From Octopus sinensis (taxonomy: Eukaryota): DNA of 64,000 nt. This document shows positions 52,524-64,000 of this stretch, piece after piece (within the stretch, counting starts at the first letter, position 1; each line of letters opens with the position of its first letter). The DNA lies in the NCBI RefSeq assembly GCF_006345805.1, contig NC_043005.1, positions 99,386,001 through 99,450,000 on the forward strand, read 5' to 3'. A program made the position numbers and the translations under genes. Under the pieces are notes generated by a model that saw only the letters and a program-made list of their open reading frames with translations, searched no databases and was not told where the DNA came from.

Positions 52524-52756
52524 AAGGCGACGAGCTGGCAGAAACGTTAGCACGCCGGGCGAAATGCTTAGCAGTATTTCGTCTGCCGCTACATTCTGAG
52601 TTCAAATTCCGCCGAGGTTGACTTTGCCTTTCATCCTTGTGGGGTCGATTTAATAAGTACCAGTTATGCACTGGGGTTGATATTATCGACTTAATCCGTT
52701 TGTCTGTCCTTGTTTGTCCTCTCTGTGTTTAGCCCCTTGTGGGTAATAAAGAAATA
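52524..52756 (+). mobile_element. Young SINE family A (tail type 1) with 18-bp TSD
   Basis: ggtattgtgcctgtttgg at 52506-52523 and 52757-52774; CpGs retained. Confidence 0.95.
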
Positions 52757-54244
52757 GGTATTGTGCCTGTTTGGCAATACATATTTCTGGCAGTAATGGT
52801 GAAGATGGTACAGTGCCTGACTCTGATAGTATGTGACTCTTTCTGTCTCTATTCAGAATTTAAATTCCTCAGAAATTGATCTGGCTTTTATCCTCCTTAT
52901 GTCACTGAAGTCATTGTGAGTCATTTACTTGGGTAGAGTCAAATGATTGCCCCTACCAAATCCTATAAATTCATAGTCCTTTGGTAATCAAAGAAATTTA
53001 TACTGAGGGCAGAGATTTCAGCAGTGTGGCCAGATCACCCACAGGAAAAAGATACTTTATGTAATATAATTTCAGAAACTCTAAAAAGACATGAAAGTTG
53101 GAATTCCTTTGATCATGAGTCTGCTCTATCATAACTGACATGAGGGTTAATCATCTTGGCAGAAATGGTAGCCTAGGTTTTGCTCCCTTCATATTCTTAA
53201 TCCGAATCTCAATCTTGTTGATATTATCTTTTTGCCTTAAAACAGTCAAAGTAATCTTTGTAATTAAATTTCACTTGATTTAATTGGCTTTGCTCTGTTT
53301 TTAAAAAGCAAGTTAATTATTTAGGCAAAGAAATAAATGCTTTGTTACTGCATGTTGTCAAATTAAGGGTTTTCCTATCTTTTCTTTTAAGACATATAAC
53401 ATCTTAGATTGGAACTTGCGTTCTCTTGCATTAAAATTTTAAACAGACACTTAATCCATACAGCTATAATTTAGTTGTAGTGGCAGGAAAGTGAGAGTTG
53501 TGCTGTTGCCATTCTCATTATTGCTTCTGGATAACATTTTGATATTTTAACCTATGGAATTACTGCTTGATACATTATCTCTGGCCTCATCAACTCAATT
53601 TGAACAATTCAACAAAAGCTGTTGTTTGTTCACAAACTACAAAGCGGCACGTCGGCTATATCCTCATGAAAGTCTAATTAGAAAGCAGATGTGTCCTGCA
53701 GCAAAATGATGCATTAACATGTTGCAATTTCAAGTCCATATTTTCGAAGTAGAACATGAAAATTACAGGGAGCAAACTGAAGTTAGTTAACATTATTTAG
53801 CTATAAAATCATTCCTAATTTGAAATTCCTGTTAAAATAATGAAGATTTGGGTCCAAATTATGGAAGAATATGAATTCTATTTTTAAAAGCTCTTTGATA
53901 TTTTCAGTGGTAACATTCAAAAATTACGGCTTTGCCGGGGGTTAATACAATCACAGCATGGCATTAATCGTTTCCTTGAAAGATATTCTTCCATTTAGTT
54001 CAATCAACTCATATTTGAAATTGTCTTTGGTTATCCCTTGTACAACTACAAACAGATCAGTGACTACAATATCTTCAAATGTTCAGCTTTCAGTTTTATC
54101 TCAGTATTGACAAGATGAAACAGATTTAGCTATCTTTCATAATTTATAGATTTTTGGGTAGAATAGTGGTGCAATGGACACACATTTTTGGTTTTATGGT
54201 GCAGCAAGTATATAAATATTAATTTTGGGTTGTAGTATGGCATA

Positions 54245-54286
54245 TGTGTGTGTATATATATATATATATTATATATATATATTATA

Positions 54287-54326
<40 letters not shown>

Positions 54327-54795
54327 CACATATATATACATACATATATATATGTATATATATATACACATATACATATATACACATATATATATACATA
54401 TATACATACATATATACATACATATATATATATATATACATATATATATACACATACATATATATATACACATACATATATATATACACATACATATATA
54501 TATATACATACATATATATATATATATATACATACATATATATATACACATACATATATATATACACATACATATATATATACACATACATATATATATA
54601 TATACATACATATATATATATATATATACATACATATATACATACATATATATATATACATACATATATATATACACATACATATATATATATATACATA
54701 CATATATACATATATATATATATACATACATATATATATATACACATACATATATATATACATACATATATATACATATATATACGTATATATAT
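54245..54795. repeat. (TA)/(TACA) microsatellite field
   Basis: Simple repeat run. Confidence 0.95.
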
Positions 54796-54811
54796 AAGTT
54801 CAGCAAAATTT

Positions 54812-55230
54812 AGATTCAAATGAATATGGTACTTAAGTTAGATGCACCAGAATTTTGTATGGTGTTATCCATATAAATCCATGGGGTGATTATAATCAAA
54901 ATAAGCAACAACCTCTATTAATGACTGATGAGTGCTCAGCATTTTAAAGCTGTTGTAATACTTACATTTAGTAAAATGATGTAGCGTGAAACGATCATAC
55001 CAAATTACCGAAGTTATTCTTGTTGCTTATTTTGATTATATATATATATGTGTGTATATATATAGATTCAGTTGAATATGGTACTTAAGTTAAAGGCACC
55101 AGAATTTAGTATGGTATTAGCCATATAATTCAAAATGGGGTGATTGATTACAATCAAATTAAGCAACAAGGATATCTAGAGGTAATGCAGTACAATCGTT
55201 TCATGCGACTCCATTTAATTGAACAATGCA
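54812..55230. mobile_element. PLE-like repeat pair with a decayed hammerhead inside a perfect 21-bp inverted repeat
   Basis: IR 54891-54911/55020-55040; CTGATGA at 54925, GAAACGATC at 54988; second partial copy from 55064 has the core in the opposite orientation. Confidence 0.65.
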
Positions 55231-55537
55231 AATATTACATCAATTTTAAAATGTAGAGCAATGGCAGCTTTATATATATTTATATATTGTCATCATCATT
55301 TTTATGTTTGTTTTCTATACAGACATTGGTTGTCTGGTCATCATAGTTTAAGTTTTCTCCTATTGGGAGCTCGGCTTCATAGGTCATTTGACTTGGTTTC
55401 TATGGCTGGCTACCCCTTCTGTTCAACATCTATATGGAATGGTTTGGCTAAGATTTTCTGATACCAAACTAGAGAGGTTAAATAAACAGACTTCAGTATC
55501 CTATATATATATTTTCTGGAGGGTTGAGGTACAGCAT

Positions 55538-55569
<32 letters not shown>

Positions 55570-55625
55570 ACACATACACTGTGTTATACAAGATGTTTTC
55601 TTTCTTGTTTTTTCTGTTGAGTATT

Positions 55626-55851
55626 ACTCTTTTACTCTTTTATTTGTTTCAGTCATTTGACTGTGGCCATGCTGGAGCACTGCCTTTAGTCAAGCAAATC
55701 GACCCCAGGACTTATTCTTTGTAAGCCTAGTACTTATTCTATCAGTCTCTTTTGCCGAACCGCTAAGTTTCGGGGATGTAAACACACCAGCATCAGTTGT
55801 CAAGCGGCGTTGGGGGGACAAACACAGACACACAAACATAAACATACACAC

Positions 55852-55888
<37 letters not shown>

Positions 55889-56048
55889 CGGGCTTCTTTA
55901 AGTTTCTGTCTACCAAATCCACTCACAAGGCTTTGGTCGGCCCGAGGCTATAGTAGAAGACACTTGCTCAAGGTGCCATGGAGTGGGATTGAATCCGGAA
56001 CCATGTGGTTCGTAAGCAAGCTACTTACCACACAGCCACTCCTACGCC
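55626..56048 (-). mobile_element. SINE family B, full length
   Basis: Reverse complement of the family B copies. Confidence 0.92.
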
Positions 56049-56627
56049 TATAAATTACTGATAAATTTTTCTTTAATTATCTTTCTTTTGTTTCCTTTCT
56101 TTATCTTATTAACTGTTTTTTTTTTTTGAAGACTACGAGATGTCCCTAATGATGCCACACAGTCATAAATTTTGCCAGAATGCATCTAAAATTTATATAA
56201 AGTGAAGTAACACACACGCGCACACACACACACGCACATTGTTGAGAGCCGTTACTCAGAGTTCCTCATTTTCCCAATCCTCTGGTAACTGATGATAATC
56301 ATGCAATCAGTCGAAGGTTTCTTATATACACATATTGATAGGGTTTGTGCAGCTCATCGACTCATACTGAAAACAAATTGCTGGGAATTACTGCTTTCAT
56401 ATACTGCTATGCAGGCATTGTATAAAAATGCAGTTTATATGTTTTTCCCTTTTAGCCTGGAGCGGAGGCAGTGCTTGTAACTCTTGTAACCCCGTAGAAA
56501 GTCTCTGATATTAGTGGGAAGAAAGGATCTTTAACTCAGAAACCTGGCTTGAATACTTGCAACAGAAAGGGCTTTGCTAAAGGTGCTCAAGGTAGAATGT
56601 GATGATGTCAAATTAAGCAATTGATTA

Positions 56628-56802
56628 AGTAGGTGTGGCTGTGTGTTAGAAAGTTTGCTTCCCAAGCACAGAGTTCTAAGTTCAGTCCCATTGTGTGCCA
56701 CCTTGGGCAAGTGTTTTCTGCCATAGCCTCAGACTGACCAAAGCCTTGGGGGTGGATTTGGTAGGCAGAAACTGAAAGAAGCCTCTTGGATATGTATGTG
56801 TG

Positions 56803-56836
<34 letters not shown>

Positions 56837-56856
56837 CATACATATATATATATACA

Positions 56857-56889
<33 letters not shown>

Positions 56890-57120
56890 TTATGTATATA
56901 TACATATACATGTGTGTGTGTGCTTGCCCCCACCATACATGATAACCAGTGTTGGATTGTTTACATGCCTGTACCTTAGTGGTTCAGCAAAAGAGATTGA
57001 TAGAAACAGTACCAGGCTTAAAAACAAAAGTACTGTGTTTGATGTGTTTCACTGAAAACTCTTCAAGGCGGTGCCCCAGCATGACCAAAATCTGATGACT
57101 GAAACTAGTAAGAGCTAAAA
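56628..57120 (+). mobile_element. SINE family B (diverged)
   Basis: Head, internal microsatellite and tail present. Confidence 0.85.
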
Positions 57121-57896
57121 GATAAGTCTACCCACCAAGTAGGCCATGGTGGGATTGAAGAATACAAAGAACCAGAACAAATACCAAAAGATATCTAGTC
57201 TGATATTTCAGCAGTTTTACCAATTTACTGCTTTGGATTGGCACTGTTTTATTGACCTTAAAGGATGAAAGGCAAAGTTAAGCTTGGCAGTGCTGGAACT
57301 CAGAGCCCAGATAGTTAGAGTGAATACAGCAGTCTTCTGTGGTCTGTCCTAATAATTCAGTCATTTCTATAGAACAAATTCTACAGTAGGTGTTTTCTAT
57401 AGAAAATTACCTTTAAAACATTCTAACAAAAAAGGCTCTTTCGAAGATAGTAATGAAGACCCATATGGCGAGCCTACAAATGCACAAATATTTGCATATG
57501 TAGGTTTACCATTGTGAGAATGCTGAACAAAAAGCTGCTTTTCTTGTATTCATTGTGGGAAGTCAAATCAGATATAGGTCAATTATAGTTCAGTTCATGG
57601 AATATATTATCTGTTGTGTAGCACATACATACACAGAAATAAATAAGATTATGCACAAAACCTACACAACTACACTCACACACATGTGCCATACATGCAT
57701 ACATACATACATACATACATACATACATACATACCCTGTTGTTGATGCTGAAATTCCAATGAAGAAGCCTTGGGTTAAAAACTGACTTTTTCTCTATTGG
57801 TAAGAAATCTTGAAATAAAACTCAATAATGACTGACACACATGCAGGCACACAGGCATGCATGCAAGTATTCACACACACACACGCAGGCACACAG

Positions 57897-57940
<44 letters not shown>

Positions 57941-57951
57941 TTATCTCTCTC

Positions 57952-57986
<35 letters not shown>

Positions 57987-58007
57987 CTCTATTTATCTAT
58001 CTATCTA

Positions 58008-58040
<33 letters not shown>

Positions 58041-58072
58041 TTCAGTCCCTTGAATATATATATATATATATA

Positions 58073-58225
58073 TAAATTAAATGAGAGATAAAACCACTAT
58101 TAGGCAAATCAAACAGTGAAAAACATAAACCAAAACATAAAAATAAAAATAATTAATATAATATACAAAATATATAAAATATAAAATTAAAAAATTTAAC
58201 TTATTTAAGTTTAAAATTATTAATT

Positions 58226-58256
<31 letters not shown>

Positions 58257-58432
58257 AATTAAATGAGAGATAAAACCACTATTAGGCAAATCAAACAGTG
58301 AAAAACATAAACCAAAACATAAAAATAAAAATAATTAATATAATATACAAAATATATAAAATATAAAATTAAAAAATTTAACTTATTTAAGTTTAAAATT
58401 ATTAATTTATATATATATATATATATATATAT
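58073..58432. repeat. Near-exact tandem duplication, 182-bp unit
   Basis: atgagagataaaaccactattaggc at 58081 and 58263; units bounded by (TA)n. Confidence 0.92.
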
Positions 58433-58435
58433 ATC

Positions 58436-58612
58436 ATCATAATCATCATCATTTAGTGTCCGCTTTCCATGCAAGCATGGGTTGGACGGTTCAACTGGGG
58501 TCTGGGAAGCCTGAAGGCTGCACCAGGCCCAGTCTTCTCTGGCAGTGTTTCTACGGCTGGATACCCTTCTTAACGCCAACCACTCTGTGAGTATAGTGGG
58601 TGCTTTTTACAT
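58436..58612 (-). mobile_element. Family E retroposon
   Basis: (CAT)n followed by the reverse-complement E body. Confidence 0.85.
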
Positions 58613-59160
58613 GCCATACACACGCATACATATATACACACACACATTACTGTTACACACCTATGCAACATATATAGCCAACACCAAAAGCCTGTCACAC
58701 ACCAATAAACCCAACCTTTCTTGGGCTGGTGCCACAAATTTTCTGCATCATATTCTGTACCATTTTAAAGGGGAGTGCACTTAGATGTAGAAGTTTAGTT
58801 TTTGAATATTTAAAACTTTACTATGTCAACTTGTGTACAAATACATGGGTGCTTGCTGTTGATGTGGTTCCATATGTGTAAACAGTTTCTTATAATTCGG
58901 GCAATTTCTTCTAGGATTTTTCCATATATTCTATGAAATTCTGACTTTGTAGGTTTTAATAAACTACAGATGGACTTATGGGCAAAGTTTTGTGTGTGAT
59001 CTTTAAGTGTTATATAAAGTGTGTGAAGTGTTGCATGTTCTTAGAACTGTAGCATCTGCCAAAGTTGGAGGTTAAATTACATTATTAAATCCCACTGAAT
59101 CAATATAGGGACCTTGGTTTGTTAGCAATGATCCAGTAGTACAACATACAGATGTACATG

Positions 59161-59385
59161 TAGCAGAATCGGTAGCATGCCGGGCGAAATGCCTGGCGGT
59201 ATTTTGTCTGTCATTACGTTCTGAGTTCAAAATCCACAGAGGTCGACTTTACCTTTCATCCTTTCGGGGTCGATAAATTAAGTACCAGTTACGCACTGGG
59301 GTCGATATAATCGACTTAATCCCTTTGTCTGTCCTTGTTTGCCCCCTCTATGTTTAGCCCCTTGTGGGCAATAAAGAAATAAGAA
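59161..59385 (+). mobile_element. SINE family A (tail type 1)
   Basis: Colinear with the 52524 copy. Confidence 0.9.
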
Positions 59386-59741
59386 TAGATGGTCAACAAT
59401 GATTTGCTAGGCTTGTATAGTGAAAAATTGTCAAGGAAGTCTCATTATTGTGTGTGGATAATCTAGAACAAGAAAAGTTGATAAAAATGTTGGACTAACA
59501 GACCCCCCTGTGAATGTTAAGTAATAATTGGTCATTTGTATGACCATAGAGCTTCAATGACTCTTTAACCTTTTATCATGGAGAAGTGAAAAAGAAAGGG
59601 GCATAAAGTGAAACTCACGGCCACTATGGTCAATGTCAAGGGAAGACAGACACAAATGAGATGCCTTAACATGAAATTACACAACCAAATTTGAAAGGTA
59701 ATTGTTTGATGAACAGAATGGACTCTGGGAATGTTATTAAT

Positions 59742-60030
59742 ATGTGCATTTATAACACAACAACTTTATATGAGGAAGGTTTGAATGAATTGCTAGAAAA
59801 ATTACAAATGCTCAACTGGGAAATTACAGGACTTTCAGAAACTAAGAGAGCAGGATAAGGCATATCAAAATCAAAAGGGGGATCTTGGTTAATAAGGCAG
59901 CATATACATTTATTGGTATTTATGCTATATATAATGTTCACGTATTCAGAAAAGCAGCCACCTGAAAATCATATGAGCCAAAGGCCCTGTGGCATAACAA
60001 TATATAGTTGGCCTACTTCATCAGCATTAT
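59742..60030 (+). pseudogene. Decayed RTE-type APE endonuclease N-terminus
   Basis: CIYNTTTLYEEGLNELLEKLQMLNWEITGLSETKRAG* resembles the YN.RTL...L.ELL.EL...WDIIGLSE.RR.G motif. Confidence 0.55.
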
Positions 60031-60129
60031 TGGCAATTATGCTGACAAAGTGTGCTGGCTGCATTTTGTCATATAACCAGGCCTTTAGATTCACATAACG
60101 TTAAGGTGACTATTTTCAGGAACATGTGC

Positions 60130-60460
60130 TCTATACAAAGCAGTCACAGACAAAATATGACCAGATGGGTTTCCAAATGGCATGCTTAATGAAAAGATTT
60201 TGTAGTAGTGTAGCCCACTTGATGATGAACCATGTCTCATGTGGCCTGCTTCTTGCCAAAGGTTACCCATGCCTCATATAAGGCATAAACACTGATTATG
60301 TTGTCTGCATTCCTTTTCTTGATAGCATGTGCATTCTGCACTCCCACCTGTCTGCAATTATGAAGAATGTTGTTGAACCATGCCAAGTATAGGAATGCAG
60401 TGTGCAACTTATCTATTGCACTCATGCCTTTTGGTAATGTGACTTGATTTCTAGTATACC
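60130..60460 (-). pseudogene. Possible decayed RTE post-RT fragment
   Basis: Weak resemblance (IKKRNADNIISV...AGHM) to the RTE C-terminal region; heavily degraded. Confidence 0.3.
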
Positions 60461-60540
60461 TTTTCAATTATATATAAATATATACATGTATGTGTGCATG
60501 TGTATATGTGTGTGTGTGTGTGTAAATAAATGTGTATGTG

Positions 60541-60571
<31 letters not shown>

Positions 60572-60774
60572 TTGTATATATATATATATGTGTATATATA
60601 AATGTGTGTATGTAGGTATGACTGTATGAATACATATGTGTGTGTATATATATAAATATATATACATGTATACACACACACACACACACACATATGTATT
60701 CATTTCATCATGTCGAACCGCTAATCCCTACACACTTTGTTTCATTCTCTCTCCATCCATTTTATCCTCTCAGT

Positions 60775-60812
60775 TCTTTCTGTCAAAGACCATAGGTTCG
60801 AAGCATCAAAGA
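60775..60812 (+). ncRNA. Degenerate (likely inactive) minimal hammerhead; duplicate at 62514-62551
   Basis: tcttt-CTGTCAA-agaccataggttc-GAAGC-ATC-aaaga: stem I intact, core substituted. Confidence 0.5.
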
Positions 60813-60910
60813 CTTTTCCATTTTCCATGAGTGCCAAACTCACACACCTGCTTGTTGCTCCCTCACCTGTCTTCATTTTTTGGTTTCTGCAAATTTGAAC
60901 TATATATATA

Positions 60911-61250
60911 TGGCTCAGTGGTTAGCGCATCGAGCTTACAATCATGAGGTTGTAAGGTCAATTCCTGGACTGGGCTGTGTGTTGTGTCCTTGAGCAAGAC
61001 ACTTTATTTCACATTGCTCCAGTTCACTCAGCTGTAGGAATGAGTTGTGATGTCACTGGTGCCAAGTTGTGTCAACCTTTGCATTTCCCTTGGATAACAT
61101 CTGCGGCATGGAGAGGGGGTGTGCATGGGCAACTGCTGGTCTTCCATAGAAATAACCCTAGGCTGTGCATTCCCCAGTGAGGCAACTTTCCGCCTAGGCT
61201 TGTACCCTGGAGGGGAACCTTTTAGGTGCATACATAGCCATTTTTGACTG
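60911..61250 (+). mobile_element. SINE family D (duplicate at 62650-62989)
   Basis: TGGCTCAGTGG A box; body as in the 30844 copy. Confidence 0.88.
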
Positions 61251-61415
61251 ACAGAGTCAAGTTTGAGTTATATCATATATATATATATGTATGTATGTAT
61301 TTAAATTTAAATAAGAAGGGTAGAAAATTGAATATTAATTTGATTAATATCAATTTAAACCAGTGGCCAAGCATACTGAAAAAATCTGAAGATTCAGAAA
61401 AAATATATGACATAT

Positions 61416-61468
61416 ATATAAGAGGGATGACCACTAAGATGTCCATTTAGTGGTCATCCCTCTTATAT
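61416..61468. repeat. Perfect 22-bp hairpin with 9-nt loop (duplicate at 63155-63207)
   Basis: atataagagggatgaccactaa-gatgtccat-ttagtggtcatccctcttatat. Confidence 0.9.
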
Positions 61469-64000
61469 GTATATATGCATGTATGTATGTATATTGTGTG
61501 TGTTTGTGTACAGCATGCACATGTATATTCTGTTAGGTATATATACATTATATGTTTATGTAACAAATTCAAACACCCACAGTATGAAGTTATCATATTT
61601 ATATAATTATTCTATATTTTGCCAAAATCCGTTCTGCCTGCAATAAGTTTGGAGGAAATTTATCAGTTATACATAAGCACTGTTATAAAATAGCTACAAG
61701 TATAGAGGAACAACTGTTACAGAAGAGCATTGGATATAGAACGGCATCTGCTGCCAGTAGTTATCTGATTTAGTGTAACATATGGTATATTTGATTTAGT
61801 GTAGCATCTGTATTTTGTAACAAACATTATGGAGTAACTTCCATGGCACCCACAACTTTTAATTGGGGTAAATGTTTGTTGAAATGACTTAGTGGTGGAG
61901 TGTGAGTTATAGAGTAGTTGCATTTATAGAGCAGCGGCAGGTGTAGTGTAGGTTCTTTTAATGAATAGCAGTGCCAGTTATATAAGTGATGTGGTTACAG
62001 AGGAATGATAATAATAATAATGATAGTAACAGAGTAGTAAAGAAAGATCGTTTCTATGGATAATTAGAAGAAAAATAACAGATAAACTGATTCGTCGATC
62101 TGCTGTCTGTATCTGTGTCAGGACTTGCACATATTTACGCAGGATTGTATGTGTACAAATAATATGTATGTATATATTAATAAGTATGTTGTGTATATGA
62201 ATATTTGTATATGCACACGCACACACACACATATATAAATATAAATATATATATATAATATATATATATATACACACACACACACATATATATATATAAT
62301 ATATATATTTGTATATATATATATATATGTGTATATATAAATGTGTGTATGTAGGTATGACTGTATGAATACATATGTGTGTGTATATATATAAATATAT
62401 ATACATGTATACACCCACACACACACACACATATGTATTCATTTCATCATGTCGAACCGCTAATCCCTACACACTTTGTTTCATTCTCTCTCCATCCATT
62501 TTATCCTCTCAGTTCTTTCTGTCAAAGACCATAGGTTCGAAGCATCAAAGACTTTTCCATTTTCCATGAGTGCCAAACTCACACACCTGCTTGTTGCTCC
62601 CTCACCTGTCTTCATTTTTTGGTTTCTGCAAATTTGAACTATATATATATGGCTCAGTGGTTAGCGCATCGAGCTTACAATCATGAGGTTGTAAGGTCAA
62701 TTCCTGGACTGGGCTGTGTGTTGTGTCCTTGAGCAAGACACTTTATTTCACATTGCTCCAGTTCACTCAGCTGTAGGAATGAGTTGTGATGTCACTGGTG
62801 CCAAGTTGTGTCAACCTTTGCATTTCCCTTGGATAACATCTGCGGCATGGAGAGGGGGTGTGCATGGGCAACTGCTGGTCTTCCATAGAAATAACCCTAG
62901 GCTGTGCATTCCCCAGTGAGGCAACTTTCCGCCTAGGCTTGTACCCTGGAGGGGAACCTTTTAGGTGCATACATAGCCATTTTTGACTGACAGAGTCAAG
63001 TTTGAGTTATATCATATATATATATATGTATGTATGTATTTAAATTTAAATAAGAAGGGTAGAAAATTGAATATTAATTTGATTAATATCAATTTAAACC
63101 AGTGGCCAAGCATACTGAAAAAATCTGAAGATTCAGAAAAAATATATGACATATATATAAGAGGGATGACCACTAAGATGTCCATTTAGTGGTCATCCCT
63201 CTTATATGTATATATGCATGTATGTATGTATATTGTGTGTGTTTGTGTACAGCATGCACATGTATATTCTGTTAGGTATATATACATTATATGTTTATGT
63301 AACAAATTCAAACACCCACAGTATGAAGTTATCATATTTATATAATTATTCTATATTTTGCCAAAATCCGTTCTGCCTGCAATAAGTTTGGAGGAAATTT
63401 ATCAGTTATACAATAAGCACTGTTATAAAATAGCTACAAGTATAGAGGAACAACTGTTACAGAAGAGCATTGGATATAGAACGGCATCTGCTGCCAGTAG
63501 TTATCTGATTTAGTGTAACATATGGTATATTTGATTTAGTGTAGCATCTGTATTTTGTAACAAACATTATGGAGTAACTTCCATGGCACCCACAACTTTT
63601 AATTGGGGTAAATGTTTGTTGAAATGACTTAGTGGTGGAGTGTGAGTTATAGAGTAGTTGCATTTATAGAGCAGCGGCAGGTGTAGTGTAGGTTCTTTTA
63701 ATGAATAGCAGTGCCAGTTATATAAGTGATGTGGTTACAGAGGAATGATAATAATAATAATGATAGTAACAGAGTAGTAAAGAAAGATCGTTTCTATGGA
63801 TAATTAGAAGAAAAATAACAGATAAACTGATTCGTCGATCTGCTGTCTGTATCTGTGTCAGGACTTGCACATATTTACGCAGGATTGTATGTGTACAAAT
63901 AATATGTATGTATATATTAATAAGTATGTTGTGTATATGAATATTTGTATATGCACACGCACACACACACATATATAAATATAAATATATATATATATAT

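Larger units (their letters stand above)
60560..64000. repeat. Near-perfect tandem duplication, period 1739-1740 bp; second unit runs to the window end
   Basis: 60601 matches 62340 and 61681 matches 63421; only isolated differences; junction lies in TA/CA microsatellite. Confidence 0.95.

Noticed and set aside
57467-57510. 44-nt imperfect hairpin (cctaca..atgca / tgcat..tgtagg)
   Set aside because: Too short for a pre-miRNA and unremarkable for AT-rich DNA.
59742-60460. Twin-priming inversion explaining the opposite-strand RTE fragments
   Set aside because: The fragments are convergent whereas twin priming gives a divergent junction, and the minus fragment's identity is itself weak.

Overview
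Repeat-saturated, AT-rich animal genomic DNA (intergenic or deep intronic). It is most likely from an octopus or other cephalopod, inferred from the extreme (TA)n/(CA)n/(TACA)n/(TCTA)n microsatellite load and the SINE repertoire; this was not checked against a database. I found no host protein-coding exon I can support. Almost all long ORFs in the supplied track are microsatellite translations (YI/HT/CV/SIYL repeats). All real coding sequence is transposon-derived: a near-complete but frameshifted CR1-group LINE ORF2 (10.6-13.9 kb), an open RTE 3' fragment (22.5-23.5 kb, minus), an open Tx1/L1-clade 3' fragment (50.0-51.7 kb), two mariner remnants, and several older LINE and Penelope-like remnants. 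Five dispersed short-retroposon families (my labels A-E), TTAA-flanked MITEs and a Helentron-type HINE are also present. Best observations: (1) a ~2.3 kb foldback whose two ~870 bp arms each carry a complete minimal type-I hammerhead ribozyme fold, plus several decayed hammerheads from other families; (2) a Tx1-clade LINE whose two independent copies both sit in (TCTA)n, suggesting target specificity; (3) two SINE-LINE 3'-tail relationships visible within the window (SINE A with Tx1, SINE B with the CR1-group LINE); (4) a ~1.74 kb near-perfect tandem duplication at the right end. Alignments and coordinates were made by eye and may be off by a few bases.
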